From Patescibacteria group bacterium (lineage in GTDB: Bacteria > Patescibacteriota > UBA1384 > XYA2-FULL-43-10 > 1-14-0-10-43-13), in assembly GCA_041671645.1 (NCBI GenBank), contig JBAZBD010000001.1, positions 479,234-543,233 of the forward strand: a stretch of 64,000 bases of DNA, written 5' to 3'. Both the position numbers and the translations under genes were made by a program. The first letter of the stretch is position 1; the number at the start of each line of letters is the position of its first letter. Below are positions 20,780-30,346 of this stretch, in pieces. The notes under the pieces are model-generated. The model worked only from the letters and a program-made list of their open reading frames with translations, was not told the DNA's origin and searched no databases.

Positions 20780-22132
20780 ATGAAGCTATTTAATACACTT
20801 TCAAGCAAGAGTGAAGAGTTCAAACCGATCGATCCAGAAAAGGTGACACTCTACACCTGTGGGCCGACCGTATACGATGTGGCTCATATTGGCAATTTGC
20901 GTGCTCTATTGACCTATGACCTCTTGAAGCGGGCTTTGGCCGCAGAGGGCTACAATGTAGTACACGCGATGAACTTGACCGACATTGATGACAAGACAAT
21001 CAAGCGATCGGAGGGCGAGAAAGAGGCCTTCTCGAAGCTAATAAAGCTATATGAAGACCGAGTCTGGCAAGACGAAAAAGAGCTAAATATCATAAAGCCA
21101 AGTATCGTGACTAGGGCGACTGAGTATATAGACAAGATGGTAGTCTTTGTCGAGTCTTTAATTTCGAATGGTTATGCCTACAAGGCTGATGATGGCTCTG
21201 TCTATTTTTCAATTGATAAATTCAAAAACTATGGTCAATTGTCAAAGCTGGACAAAGAGGGAATCAAAAGTGGTGCTCGGGTAGCGCAGGATGATTACGA
21301 CAAGGAAAATCCGGCTGACTTCGTGCTTTGGAAGGCTTGGAGCGAGAAGGACGGCGAAATATTTTGGGAAACAAGTCTCGGCAAAGGTCGCCCAGGTTGG
21401 CACCTGGAGTGCTCGGTCATGGCAGGGGACGTATTGGGCAACACAATAGATATCCACGCTGGCGGAGTTGATTTGATCTTTCCTCATCATGAAAATGAAA
21501 TTGCGCAGTCGGAGGCCAAGACAGGCAAGAAGTTCGTCAATTTCTGGGTTCACAACGAGCATCTGATGGTCGACGGCAGGAAGATGAGCAAGAGCTTGAA
21601 TAATTTCTATACGCTAGACAATATTGTGGCAAAAGGTTTTTCCCCGTTAGATTTCCGTTATTTTGTGCTTGCCGCTCACTATCGTTCCAAATTGAATTTC
21701 ACCTGGGAAGGTTTGGAAGCGGCAAAAAACGCGAGAGAGCGATTGAATAGAGTTGCTTCGCAAATCAGTGGCGGAGAGGCGGAGGGGCAGAGAGACAAAA
21801 AATACCTAGATCGATTTAACGAAAAAATCTCTAACGATTTAAATACCCCAGAAGCGCTTGCAATTCTTTGGGAGCTGATGCGAGACGAAAATGTTTCTCA
21901 AGCAGACAAAAACGCAACAATCGCCGAAATGGACAAGGTTTTCGGTCTTGGCCTATTAGAAAATCAAACTTTCGAAATACCAGCAGAGGTGATTAAGATT
22001 GCCGAGGAACGAAAGACGGCACGTGAAGCCAAGGATTTCGCCAAATCAGATGAGCTAAGGGATCAAATTATCGAGGCAGGCTGGCAGATCGAAGATTTCC
22101 CAAATAATGAATATAAGATTATAAAAAAGTAA
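20780..22132 (+). CDS. cysS: Cysteine--tRNA ligase
   Basis: CGPTVY..HIGN, GRPGWHLEC, FPHHENE, KMSKS. Confidence 0.98.
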   Translation: MKLFNTLSSKSEEFKPIDPEKVTLYTCGPTVYDVAHIGNLRALLTYDLLKRALAAEGYNVVHAMNLTDIDDKTIKRSEGEKEAFSKLIKLYEDRVWQDEKELNIIKPSIVTRATEYIDKMVVFVESLISNGYAYKADDGSVYFSIDKFKNYGQLSKLDKEGIKSGARVAQDDYDKENPADFVLWKAWSEKDGEIFWETSLGKGRPGWHLECSVMAGDVLGNTIDIHAGGVDLIFPHHENEIAQSEAKTGKKFVNFWVHNEHLMVDGRKMSKSLNNFYTLDNIVAKGFSPLDFRYFVLAAHYRSKLNFTWEGLEAAKNARERLNRVASQISGGEAEGQRDKKYLDRFNEKISNDLNTPEALAILWELMRDENVSQADKNATIAEMDKVFGLGLLENQTFEIPAEVIKIAEERKTAREAKDFAKSDELRDQIIEAGWQIEDFPNNEYKIIKK

Positions 22133-22135
22133 TGA

Positions 22136-22306
22136 CCCCATGGATTTAATATCCTTACCATGGGGCCAGGCTCTTTCACTTCGCCATTGAAGGCACTCAG
22201 GCTTCTGAACAACGGCCGTGGCCGAACCATCTGTCTATCTCGTAGACGATTGGCGCTGAGGGTGAATAGCCGCACGACGCGGGTCAATCCTGCCGACGAA
22301 GTGAGC
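22136..22306 (-). ncRNA. Candidate structured ncRNA, possibly 6S-like, with downstream hairpin
   Basis: On -: TGCTATAGT extended -10; closing stem TCACTTCGTC/GGCGAAGTGA (G-U pair only on -); inner hairpins; then CCCCATGG..CCATGGGG hairpin. Confidence 0.55.
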
Positions 22307-22329
22307 AAACTATAGCACAAAAATACACG

Positions 22330-23334
22330 ATGCAAAATATTTGGCAAAAATTGGATAAGCCGATCAAAATATTGGCGCCGATGGCGGGATATACTGATTC
22401 GGCCTTTCGCCAGCTCTGTCGTGAGCTGGGCGCTGATTTGGTAATGACGGAATTGATTTCGGCCGATGCTATTTTCCACACAGCCAAACACTGGTTCAAG
22501 GATGAAAAAGGCGAGTGGCAATCAACTAAGGGCAAAGATGAAACTTTGCAGATGCTGAAATTCGCCCAAGAAGAGAGACCGATCATCATCCAGCTTTTTG
22601 GTAAATTCCCAGAGAAGTTTGCCTTTGCCGCCAAGTGGATTAGCGAAAACCTCAAGCCTGATGGGATTGATATTAATATGGGTTGCCCAGCGCGCAAAGT
22701 TGTCGGCAGCGACCATGGCGCTGCATTGCTCAAAAATCCAACCTTGGCTTGTGAAATTGTCCGAGCGGTCAAGGAAAATACTGACCTGCCGGTATCGGTC
22801 AAGACTAGACTTGGCTGGGGCGATGACGATCAAATACTCGAATTCGCGCCGGAATTGGTCAAGGCTGGAATTAGCGCCATCATGATCCACGGCCGCACGT
22901 ACAAAGACGGATTCAAGGGCAGGGCCAGATGGGATAATATTTTTGAGGTCAAGAAAATAGTGGGCGATAAATGCGTTGTCATTGGGAACGGAGACCTTGA
23001 TTCAATGTCGAGATCCCGTATCTCAAGCTTACAGTACGGGATGACAGACGGCGTTATTTTGGACGGATATTCTATCGGCCGTGCGGCGATAGGGAAGCCT
23101 TGGATTTTTTCTAACGACGAAATTACGCCAGAAATGTTGAAAAAGATAGCTCTCAGACACGCTAAATTGTCATTTGAGCGAAAAGGTGAGCACGGAATAG
23201 TCGAATTTCGTAAGCACTTATTGTTCTATTTGAAGGGTTTTCCAGGCGCAAAGGACTTGCGGAAGGAGGCAGTATCGATCGAATCCTATGACGATGTAGC
23301 GAAACTTTTGTCCAATTTGAGTGTAAACACTTGA
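22330..23334 (+). CDS. dusB: tRNA-dihydrouridine synthase (DusB-like)
   Basis: LAPMAG, IDINMGCP, SVKTRLG, IHGRT, GNGD, IGRAA. Confidence 0.9.
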   Translation: MQNIWQKLDKPIKILAPMAGYTDSAFRQLCRELGADLVMTELISADAIFHTAKHWFKDEKGEWQSTKGKDETLQMLKFAQEERPIIIQLFGKFPEKFAFAAKWISENLKPDGIDINMGCPARKVVGSDHGAALLKNPTLACEIVRAVKENTDLPVSVKTRLGWGDDDQILEFAPELVKAGISAIMIHGRTYKDGFKGRARWDNIFEVKKIVGDKCVVIGNGDLDSMSRSRISSLQYGMTDGVILDGYSIGRAAIGKPWIFSNDEITPEMLKKIALRHAKLSFERKGEHGIVEFRKHLLFYLKGFPGAKDLRKEAVSIESYDDVAKLLSNLSVNT

Positions 23335-23359
23335 CAAAATTATCCAGTAGTGGTAAAGT
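23331..23359 (+). promoter_or_regulatory. sigma70 promoter with extended -10
   Basis: TTGACA-17 bp-TAAAGT, with TG upstream of the -10. Confidence 0.65.
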
Positions 23360-23781
23360 GGACAATGTTAAGGCCAATAACACTGGTCTAGCAAGCAAGG
23401 AAGGGCACGGACTTGGAGTCCAAATCTTTCCTTGTTTTTTGTTTCTGGAGATTCGACTGGGATTTGGGGACATTAGAACGCAGATATATAAGTTAATAAG
23501 CATTTGTGGGTCCTTTAAAACACATGGACCTAGCTCAATTAGCTTCTGACGTTCTCGCCCTCTTCCTGGTTGGATCTTCCGACGCAAGACAACTTACGAA
23601 ATTTCGGAGCAAGATAGCTTGCAGAGAAAAGGAGTATGGTGTTACAAAATCTGGAACACAAACGATTGTAATAAACCAGTCACCCCTTGGATGGCGATAT
23701 TGTGCTGTAAAGCATTTATTGCACGCCAAGGAAATGAAACTTGTCTGCAGTACACCACAATCTATCCTAGGAGGTAGAAAT

Positions 23782-25140
23782 ATGAAGAAGCTGGTTAACT
23801 ATAGCTTCATCCTCGTGCTGGCCATAGTAGCCAGCCTGTGCTTTTTGACAACTTCGGCTCAGGCCGCGGCTGTCACTGCTGTTTCGGTTGGAATCACTCC
23901 ACCGGTTTATCAGCAAACTGAGACGAAGACCGTTCCGGTCGGCAATACTCAGGTGGACCTGTTCGATACCAATATTGGTGGGATAAAGATATTCCGTCAA
24001 TCCGTTAATCGTTCGGGCAATTCAATAGGTTGTTTATATAACGACCAGGGCGTTTTCTTACGGTTAATTGGTAATTGCGTTACCAGCGATGGCAAGGCAA
24101 TAACCAAATTAGTTGCTGTGAGGGGTGACAATCCTGTGCCGAAATTTACGAAAGTAGAGGGCATCTGGACTTATCCGCATAGCGATCAAATTACCGAACT
24201 GACATCAAGGGACGGCTCACGGCTGTCATGCGACGTGCCAATCGATGGGCTCAAACCCGGTAGCCACCAGATCACTCTTTACGCATTTTGCGAAAAGGGT
24301 ATCAGAAAGGTGAGGACGTTTGATACTAGTGCAATAGTCTTCGGGCTGTTGCCGTTCTTACCAAAAATTAATAATGTGAGCTATGAGAACTCAACCGACT
24401 TGGTCGACATTATTCAATTTACAATTGTTGATAATCTGGCTGTATCTGCGACATCCCCGACCCCACCTACGGACATTCCAATGACAAGTCGTATGACTTA
24501 TCAAACGGAACTGCCAAAGGCTCCGACAATAATTTACGTTCCAACGCCCCAACAGGCGCCGGAAAGAATTATTACGGAAGTCCCGGTTCAACCCCCAACG
24601 ATCCAAGCGACCCCGACTCCAGCGGTATCAAACCCGCCTGCAGTTCCGGTCGTGAAGATCGAAGAAACATTGGCCGCTTTAGTCGCCAACGACAACAAAA
24701 TCGCCGAAGTGGTGAACAACCACGAAGCAAGAATTGTTCGTTTGGAAACGGCGTACACGGCTCCACCAACCCCAACCAGTTACAGTTTCTCGGTAGCGTT
24801 TGCACGCAATTACCGAGGCCCGTCCATCGTTGAAACGACAGAGGGACTTGATATCGTAAATGATATCACGCTCAACTGTTTATCGAATGATGGAACCTGG
24901 CAAGCCAGAGTGATCTGGGCACCGGTCAACGAGCAATACAGAAATGTATTTCTCTTGCCGGGCTACGAGCAGTTTAAGAAACGAATCGGTGTTGCTCGTT
25001 ATAGCAACATTAAAGATTCGTTTAGAGTCGGATATCGTGTGAATAATTCCTCACCTTGGAATTATGCAACGATTCAACCGACTGCCATTGTCCAGGGTAA
25101 AATCCTGGTTGTCCCAGTCGATCAAGGAGGCACCCTATGA
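23782..25140 (+). CDS. Secreted hypothetical protein with Pro/Thr-rich linker and short coiled coil
   Basis: AGGAGG RBS; signal peptide MKKLVNYSFILVLAIVASLCFLTTSAQA; start moved from 23506. Confidence 0.75.
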   Translation: MKKLVNYSFILVLAIVASLCFLTTSAQAAAVTAVSVGITPPVYQQTETKTVPVGNTQVDLFDTNIGGIKIFRQSVNRSGNSIGCLYNDQGVFLRLIGNCVTSDGKAITKLVAVRGDNPVPKFTKVEGIWTYPHSDQITELTSRDGSRLSCDVPIDGLKPGSHQITLYAFCEKGIRKVRTFDTSAIVFGLLPFLPKINNVSYENSTDLVDIIQFTIVDNLAVSATSPTPPTDIPMTSRMTYQTELPKAPTIIYVPTPQQAPERIITEVPVQPPTIQATPTPAVSNPPAVPVVKIEETLAALVANDNKIAEVVNNHEARIVRLETAYTAPPTPTSYSFSVAFARNYRGPSIVETTEGLDIVNDITLNCLSNDGTWQARVIWAPVNEQYRNVFLLPGYEQFKKRIGVARYSNIKDSFRVGYRVNNSSPWNYATIQPTAIVQGKILVVPVDQGGTL

Positions 25141-26063
25141 TCCGATTATTTCTTATTCTCGGAGCCGTGGTGCTCCTCACTTTCTCGGGTCTTTCACAAG
25201 ATCCCGGGAACTCGACAGTCCCCGATGGTCAAACCTTGACCTCTCAGTTTCGTCCAACTGTCAAAACTCCGGTCCAGCGGGTCGCCCAAAAGCGCCCTCT
25301 GACAGCCGCAGATTTGGCGGGCATAGAAAGCTACAGGGCTTATTGGCAGAAACGGGGTCTTTCAATGACTCCTTCCGTCAAGAGCGCTTTAGAATATATG
25401 CTTCAGATGGATATAATTCATCTGCCAATATATTTGCAGCGAACACCACAAGAGTATGACTTTGAGGCGCAGAGCATCGAGAAGATGCTGAATCGGGTCG
25501 ATTGGTACGTTAACGTTCCAGTTTCCCAAACGCCTGCCCCCATTGTCATCCGCGAACAGGCGTCGTTGCCATCACTTCCGGCTTTAAAACCGGTCGAGAT
25601 CGTAAAATTGGCGTCTGTGCCAATGCCGACTCCCGTTGTCACCGCACCTGTTCAGGTTGTTCAACAAGTTCCAGTTGTGAAGGAAATCGTGACTAATTAT
25701 TATACGACGACCACAAACAACACGGAAACTTACGTTCAACAGCCGGCGGGCTATCAAGCTCGCTTCCCATACCAACAACAGGGCCCATCGTTCCAGGGCT
25801 CGCTATATGTCGGCTGGACTCGCCAGCAGATACCAGCGACAACCCCAACGACTCCCCCAACGGGTCCTTGCGACCCACTTGGTGGACCAAATACCGAACC
25901 CCCGCCTGGGGCAACAAATGCTCCTATCGGACCGGTATCTGGTCCAACAATAGTCTGTCCGCTTCCCCCCGGGCAGGGTATTCCATCAAATGTTCCCCAA
26001 ACGCAGCCTGGATTTATTCCAGGTGGCGTAGGGGCAGGGGGATCCCCTTCAACCACACCTTAG
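25137..26063 (+). CDS. Secreted Pro/Gly-rich hypothetical protein
   Basis: AAGGAGG RBS, ATGA overlap, signal peptide, PG-rich C-terminus. Confidence 0.75.
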   Translation: MIRLFLILGAVVLLTFSGLSQDPGNSTVPDGQTLTSQFRPTVKTPVQRVAQKRPLTAADLAGIESYRAYWQKRGLSMTPSVKSALEYMLQMDIIHLPIYLQRTPQEYDFEAQSIEKMLNRVDWYVNVPVSQTPAPIVIREQASLPSLPALKPVEIVKLASVPMPTPVVTAPVQVVQQVPVVKEIVTNYYTTTTNNTETYVQQPAGYQARFPYQQQGPSFQGSLYVGWTRQQIPATTPTTPPTGPCDPLGGPNTEPPPGATNAPIGPVSGPTIVCPLPPGQGIPSNVPQTQPGFIPGGVGAGGSPSTTP

Positions 26064-26165
26064 TGGTTGAGTGCCTCCCAGATCGCAAATGCATCTGGGA
26101 TCACTCTAAAGAACAGAAAAAAATTTATTAATAAGTTTCTGCTCTTTAGAAGTGAAAGGAAGAAA

Positions 26166-27644
26166 ATGTTTACTTTCCGAGACGGAGGGAAAAGGTTAAT
26201 TAAGATCGCCAAAAGAGTTGCGCTTACCGGTGCCGCGCTTTTTGCATTGACTTTAGCGTTTCAAGCTCCAAAGTTTGAGGCTAAGCCAGTCAAGAGTGCC
26301 GACGCTCCAAAGTTCAACTACCTGGCAGGGGACCTAGACATGCTTCGCGGTGCGAAGCCTGCAGATACTGCTTGGTCTGATCCAGTGAGTGCGAACATCG
26401 GAGACCGTGTCTCTGTGCTGTTCTATTATCATAATGGTGTAGTCAACACGACTGCACATCACACCACTCTGAGAGTGGATTTACCAGCTGGTAGCGCAAC
26501 TTCACAGAAGTTGACTAGTTACCTATGGGCTGAGGGTTTGCAGGCTGTTAGCAACACAGTTGTTGACGGTAAAATTGTTGGCGGAGATGGTATGACCATC
26601 AATTTGCCAACTGCTGGACGCCTTGAGTACGTTCCTGGTTCGACCAAGTGGTTCCAGAATGGCGCTCAGACTGGCGTATCAGTGCCTGACTCCATCAATT
26701 CAGTCTCTGGTCTTGATATCGGAGATGTAAGTGGTTGTTGGCAGTATTCCGGTTACGTGAGCTTCCAAGTTGACGTGAAGGGACAAGCTAATCTTACTAT
26801 GAGCAAAGCTGTTGCTCACATCGGTGACGCGACTTGGCAGGAAGAGATTTCTGCATCTCGTGGCGACGAAGTGATCTATCGTTTGAACGTTATCAACAAC
26901 GGTAACGATCTGGCCAAAAATGTTCTGATCAAGGATATCTTGCCTGCCAAAATGAACTATGTTACTGGCACGACTTATCTTTATACCAAAGATGCTCCTG
27001 CCGGCGTAAAGCAGACAGATTCTATCTTCACGGCCAATGGTCTTGCTCTCCCTGATCTTCAGGCAGGTGCGGCCAACATGGTCACGATTACTTATCACAC
27101 CAAGATTTTCGCTACTCTAGACGATACTTGTGGCTATTACTTGAACAACGTTGCCAAGGTTTATATGGGCGGTGTTGAACAGGCGATGGATCAAGCCAAA
27201 GTTACTCTTCGTTGCGAATCAAGAATTTTGTCTATCGTGAAAAACGTGAAGGCAGCAAATGGTTGGGTTAAGCAAAACACAGGTAATATCGGTGATATCG
27301 TTGAATACCAAGTTATTGTCAAAAATACTGGTAACGCCAACATGACCAATGTTATCGTCTCTGATATTATGCCTCTGTATGTGAACTACCAAGCTGGATC
27401 TACCAAAATCGATGGCGTTACAGCCAACGATCAGATCATGGCCGGTGGTCTCAACCTAGGCACAATGACTCCAGGTCAGCAAAAGGTTATTACCTTCAAC
27501 GGTAAAATCTATGGCTGCCCACCTGTCGGCGGATATACGCTTTATAACACTGCGTATGGTAAAGCCGACACTGTTACACAAATCTGGGATAGCGCATCTA
27601 CAGTAGTTAATTTATCAATCCCTGGCGCACCAGTGGTTAAATAA
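26166..27644 (+). CDS. Secreted DUF11-repeat surface protein
   Basis: Signal peptide; two Ig-like DUF11 repeats (GDEVIYRLNVINNG...KDILP; GDIVEYQVIVKNTG...SDIMP). Confidence 0.85.
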   Translation: MFTFRDGGKRLIKIAKRVALTGAALFALTLAFQAPKFEAKPVKSADAPKFNYLAGDLDMLRGAKPADTAWSDPVSANIGDRVSVLFYYHNGVVNTTAHHTTLRVDLPAGSATSQKLTSYLWAEGLQAVSNTVVDGKIVGGDGMTINLPTAGRLEYVPGSTKWFQNGAQTGVSVPDSINSVSGLDIGDVSGCWQYSGYVSFQVDVKGQANLTMSKAVAHIGDATWQEEISASRGDEVIYRLNVINNGNDLAKNVLIKDILPAKMNYVTGTTYLYTKDAPAGVKQTDSIFTANGLALPDLQAGAANMVTITYHTKIFATLDDTCGYYLNNVAKVYMGGVEQAMDQAKVTLRCESRILSIVKNVKAANGWVKQNTGNIGDIVEYQVIVKNTGNANMTNVIVSDIMPLYVNYQAGSTKIDGVTANDQIMAGGLNLGTMTPGQQKVITFNGKIYGCPPVGGYTLYNTAYGKADTVTQIWDSASTVVNLSIPGAPVVK

Positions 27645-27662
27645 GGAACAAAGAGAATTGTT

Positions 27663-29222
27663 ATGAAAAATGTATTTACAAAATTAAAAGGGATCGCGGC
27701 CAGCGTGCTTTTCTTGGCCCTCTCCCTGGCGCCGCTCGGCAGCGCCAAAGCGGAAAGTCCACGCTTCAATTATTTGGATGGTGACCATCCTCTGATTTAC
27801 GGCTTGAACTTGACCAAAAACGAGACTGAGCGAAAAACGGCTGTTACCGGCACTGCTGGCGACGTGTTCGAGATCGCTCTCTATTATCACAATGGCGTAG
27901 TCAACACGACAGCTCACAATACGAAGCTGAAGGTTGCCTTGCCAACTGAGACTATCAACAAGGGCGCGTTGCTTCGTAGCACATTGTGGGCTGATAACGC
28001 CGACACTGTGACTGCTGACATGACTGCAACTTTGGATTCTGACGCAAGTCTAGAATTCGTTCCTGGAACTTTGAAATGGTTTCCAAGCTATAAGACTGGT
28101 GACGCGCCAAGCGCATTGCCTGTAGGACAAGTTGAATCCAATTTGTTTCAGGATAGCGGTATCAACATCGGTGACGTCAATGGTTGCTGGGACTATAAGG
28201 GATATATTCTCTTTCAAGTCAAAACAGCCAAGATATTGCCCGGTGTCATCGTCCAGAACAAAATTGCCAAAAATATCACAACTGGTGAAACAGGTACTGA
28301 TATCAAGGCAAATGCGGGCGACGTAATTGAGTACACATTGACTACTACGAACACTGGCGCACAGGACATCAGCGCTGTCATCTCTGATGATATCAGCGAT
28401 ATCCTAGAATATGCCGATGTTACCAATCTTCCTGCGAATGCAGAAGTCAAGAATGGGGTAATTAGTTTCAACACTAATGGCCCTATGTACTCGAAGACAT
28501 TTGCTCCAGGAGCGGTAGAAAATGATGTTTTCAAAGTTAAGGTCAAAAGTCCGCTTCCAATGACTCCAGAGAGTGGTACTCACTTTGACTTTGTGATGTA
28601 CAACCTCTTCGGAAACGTGGTCAATGTTCGTTTGCAGAAACCTGCACCGGGTGTTGCCAGTGTCAAAATGCAAAAAGATGTCCGTAACTTTACGGCCGGT
28701 GAAATCAACTTCGCTGATGAAATTTCAGCCAAGCCTGGTGATACACTGGAATACAAAATTTCTTTTCGCAATGATGGACAGGGCGTAGCTGATTCTGTAA
28801 GGATTACAGATATTCTGCCACTGTATACTCAGTTCATGTCCGGTACGACTGTAATGTCGATCAATGATGGTCAAGAGCACACGGTTGGCGATTTGCTAAC
28901 TGGCGACGGAATCTTGATCGGTACCCTCAATCCAAATGATTTTGGCTATATCAAGTTCAAAGTTCTGACCAAGGCCACTTTGGCTGATGGCGAGAAACTT
29001 TTGAATACTGCCAATTTGAAATTTGGAACAGTAAGCCTGTCTGACACGGCTTTGACAAAAATTGCGGTAACGCAAACTGTCACTCCTGTTGCAGAAACAA
29101 GCTTGCCAAAGACCGGTGCCGAAAGCTGGATTTTAGCCCTACTTTTGGTCCCAGCTGCATACGCAGTACGCAAGTATTTGGAAAAGAGAAAAACTCTTAG
29201 CTACAAAATTGCAAACTACTAA
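27663..29222 (+). CDS. DUF11-repeat surface protein with LPXTG-type sorting signal
   Basis: Signal peptide; GDVIEYTL and PGDTLEYKI repeats; C-terminal LPKTG + hydrophobic stretch + KRK. Confidence 0.85.
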   Translation: MKNVFTKLKGIAASVLFLALSLAPLGSAKAESPRFNYLDGDHPLIYGLNLTKNETERKTAVTGTAGDVFEIALYYHNGVVNTTAHNTKLKVALPTETINKGALLRSTLWADNADTVTADMTATLDSDASLEFVPGTLKWFPSYKTGDAPSALPVGQVESNLFQDSGINIGDVNGCWDYKGYILFQVKTAKILPGVIVQNKIAKNITTGETGTDIKANAGDVIEYTLTTTNTGAQDISAVISDDISDILEYADVTNLPANAEVKNGVISFNTNGPMYSKTFAPGAVENDVFKVKVKSPLPMTPESGTHFDFVMYNLFGNVVNVRLQKPAPGVASVKMQKDVRNFTAGEINFADEISAKPGDTLEYKISFRNDGQGVADSVRITDILPLYTQFMSGTTVMSINDGQEHTVGDLLTGDGILIGTLNPNDFGYIKFKVLTKATLADGEKLLNTANLKFGTVSLSDTALTKIAVTQTVTPVAETSLPKTGAESWILALLLVPAAYAVRKYLEKRKTLSYKIANY

Positions 29223-29238
29223 GACAGTAAGCAAGTAT

Positions 29239-29270
29239 AAAAAAGCCTCGACGCAAGTTGGGGCTTTTTT
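29239..29270 (+). terminator. Intrinsic terminator of the surface-protein operon
   Basis: AAAAAGCCTCGAC-GCAA-GTTGGGCTTTTTT. Confidence 0.75.
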
Positions 29271-29313
29271 AGTGATCATTGATCATTGACCATTGATAAC
29301 TTATAATAAAAAA

Positions 29314-30333
29314 ATGGAAACACTCAGGAACAAACTAGAGGATTTGAGAAATTTCCTCAAAATCAGCGAGAAGAAAGAGGAGATCAAGACTCTAGAGGCA
29401 GAGATGCGAGAGCCGGCTTTTTGGCTTGAGGATGCAAGTGCCAATGACAAAAGTCGAAAGCTCAAAAACCTAAAAGACGAGATCTCTGGTTTTGATGAAC
29501 TTTACCAGATGTCGGAAATCGCCGATGATGCAGAATTGGAGACTCTTCGACCCGAAATCGAGAGATTCGAGAAGTTGACTATTTTCTCAGGCAAATACGA
29601 CCAGTATGACGCAATTCTAAACTTTTATGCTGGAGCCGGAGGAGACGACGCGCAGGACTGGACTGAGATGTTGCTTCGGATGTACCTGCGTTGGGCTGAG
29701 AACATGGGCATGAAGACCGAAATGATCTATGAATCACGTGGAGGCGAAGCCGGTATCAAAAGTGCGACTATCTCGATAGACGGCGCTTTTGCTTATGGCA
29801 ATTTGAGACTCGAATCTGGTGTTCACAGGCTAGTGCGTCAATCGCCGTTTAACGCGAAGGCTTTGCGCCAAACTTCATTTGCCTTAGTCCAGGTACTGCC
29901 CAAAATTGAATCTGATTCTGACGTCGAGATTGATGCCAAAGATTTGAAAATTGACGTCTTCAGAGCCGGAGGACATGGCGGTCAGTCAGTCAACACAACT
30001 GATTCTGCGGTACGGATTACTCACTTGCCGACAAATATTGTGGTTTCTTGCCAGAACGAGAGAAGCCAATTGCAAAACAAAGAGAGCGCTATGAAGGTCT
30101 TGCGATCTCGCTTGGCACAATTACTTATCGATCAACACAAAGAAAGGATCGAGGACCTGAAGGGTGATTTTTCTTCTCCTGAGTGGGGAAACCAAATTCG
30201 ATCATACGTATTGCACCCGTACAAAATGGTGAAGGATCATCGGACCAATGTCGAGACTTCAGATCCAGACAAGGTTTTGAGTGGGGGACTGGCCGAGTTT
30301 ATCGAAGCGGAACTCAAGAGTTCGATTAACTGA
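29314..30333 (+). CDS. prfB: Peptide chain release factor 2
   Basis: SPF anticodon motif (RQSPFN), GGQ, WGNQIRSYVLHPY. Confidence 0.95.
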   Translation: METLRNKLEDLRNFLKISEKKEEIKTLEAEMREPAFWLEDASANDKSRKLKNLKDEISGFDELYQMSEIADDAELETLRPEIERFEKLTIFSGKYDQYDAILNFYAGAGGDDAQDWTEMLLRMYLRWAENMGMKTEMIYESRGGEAGIKSATISIDGAFAYGNLRLESGVHRLVRQSPFNAKALRQTSFALVQVLPKIESDSDVEIDAKDLKIDVFRAGGHGGQSVNTTDSAVRITHLPTNIVVSCQNERSQLQNKESAMKVLRSRLAQLLIDQHKERIEDLKGDFSSPEWGNQIRSYVLHPYKMVKDHRTNVETSDPDKVLSGGLAEFIEAELKSSIN

Positions 30334-30346
30334 TAGGAGGGTGGTT

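Noticed and set aside
23506-23781. N-terminal extension of the 544-aa ORF
   Set aside because: A strong AGGAGG RBS and a signal peptide begin at ATG 23782.
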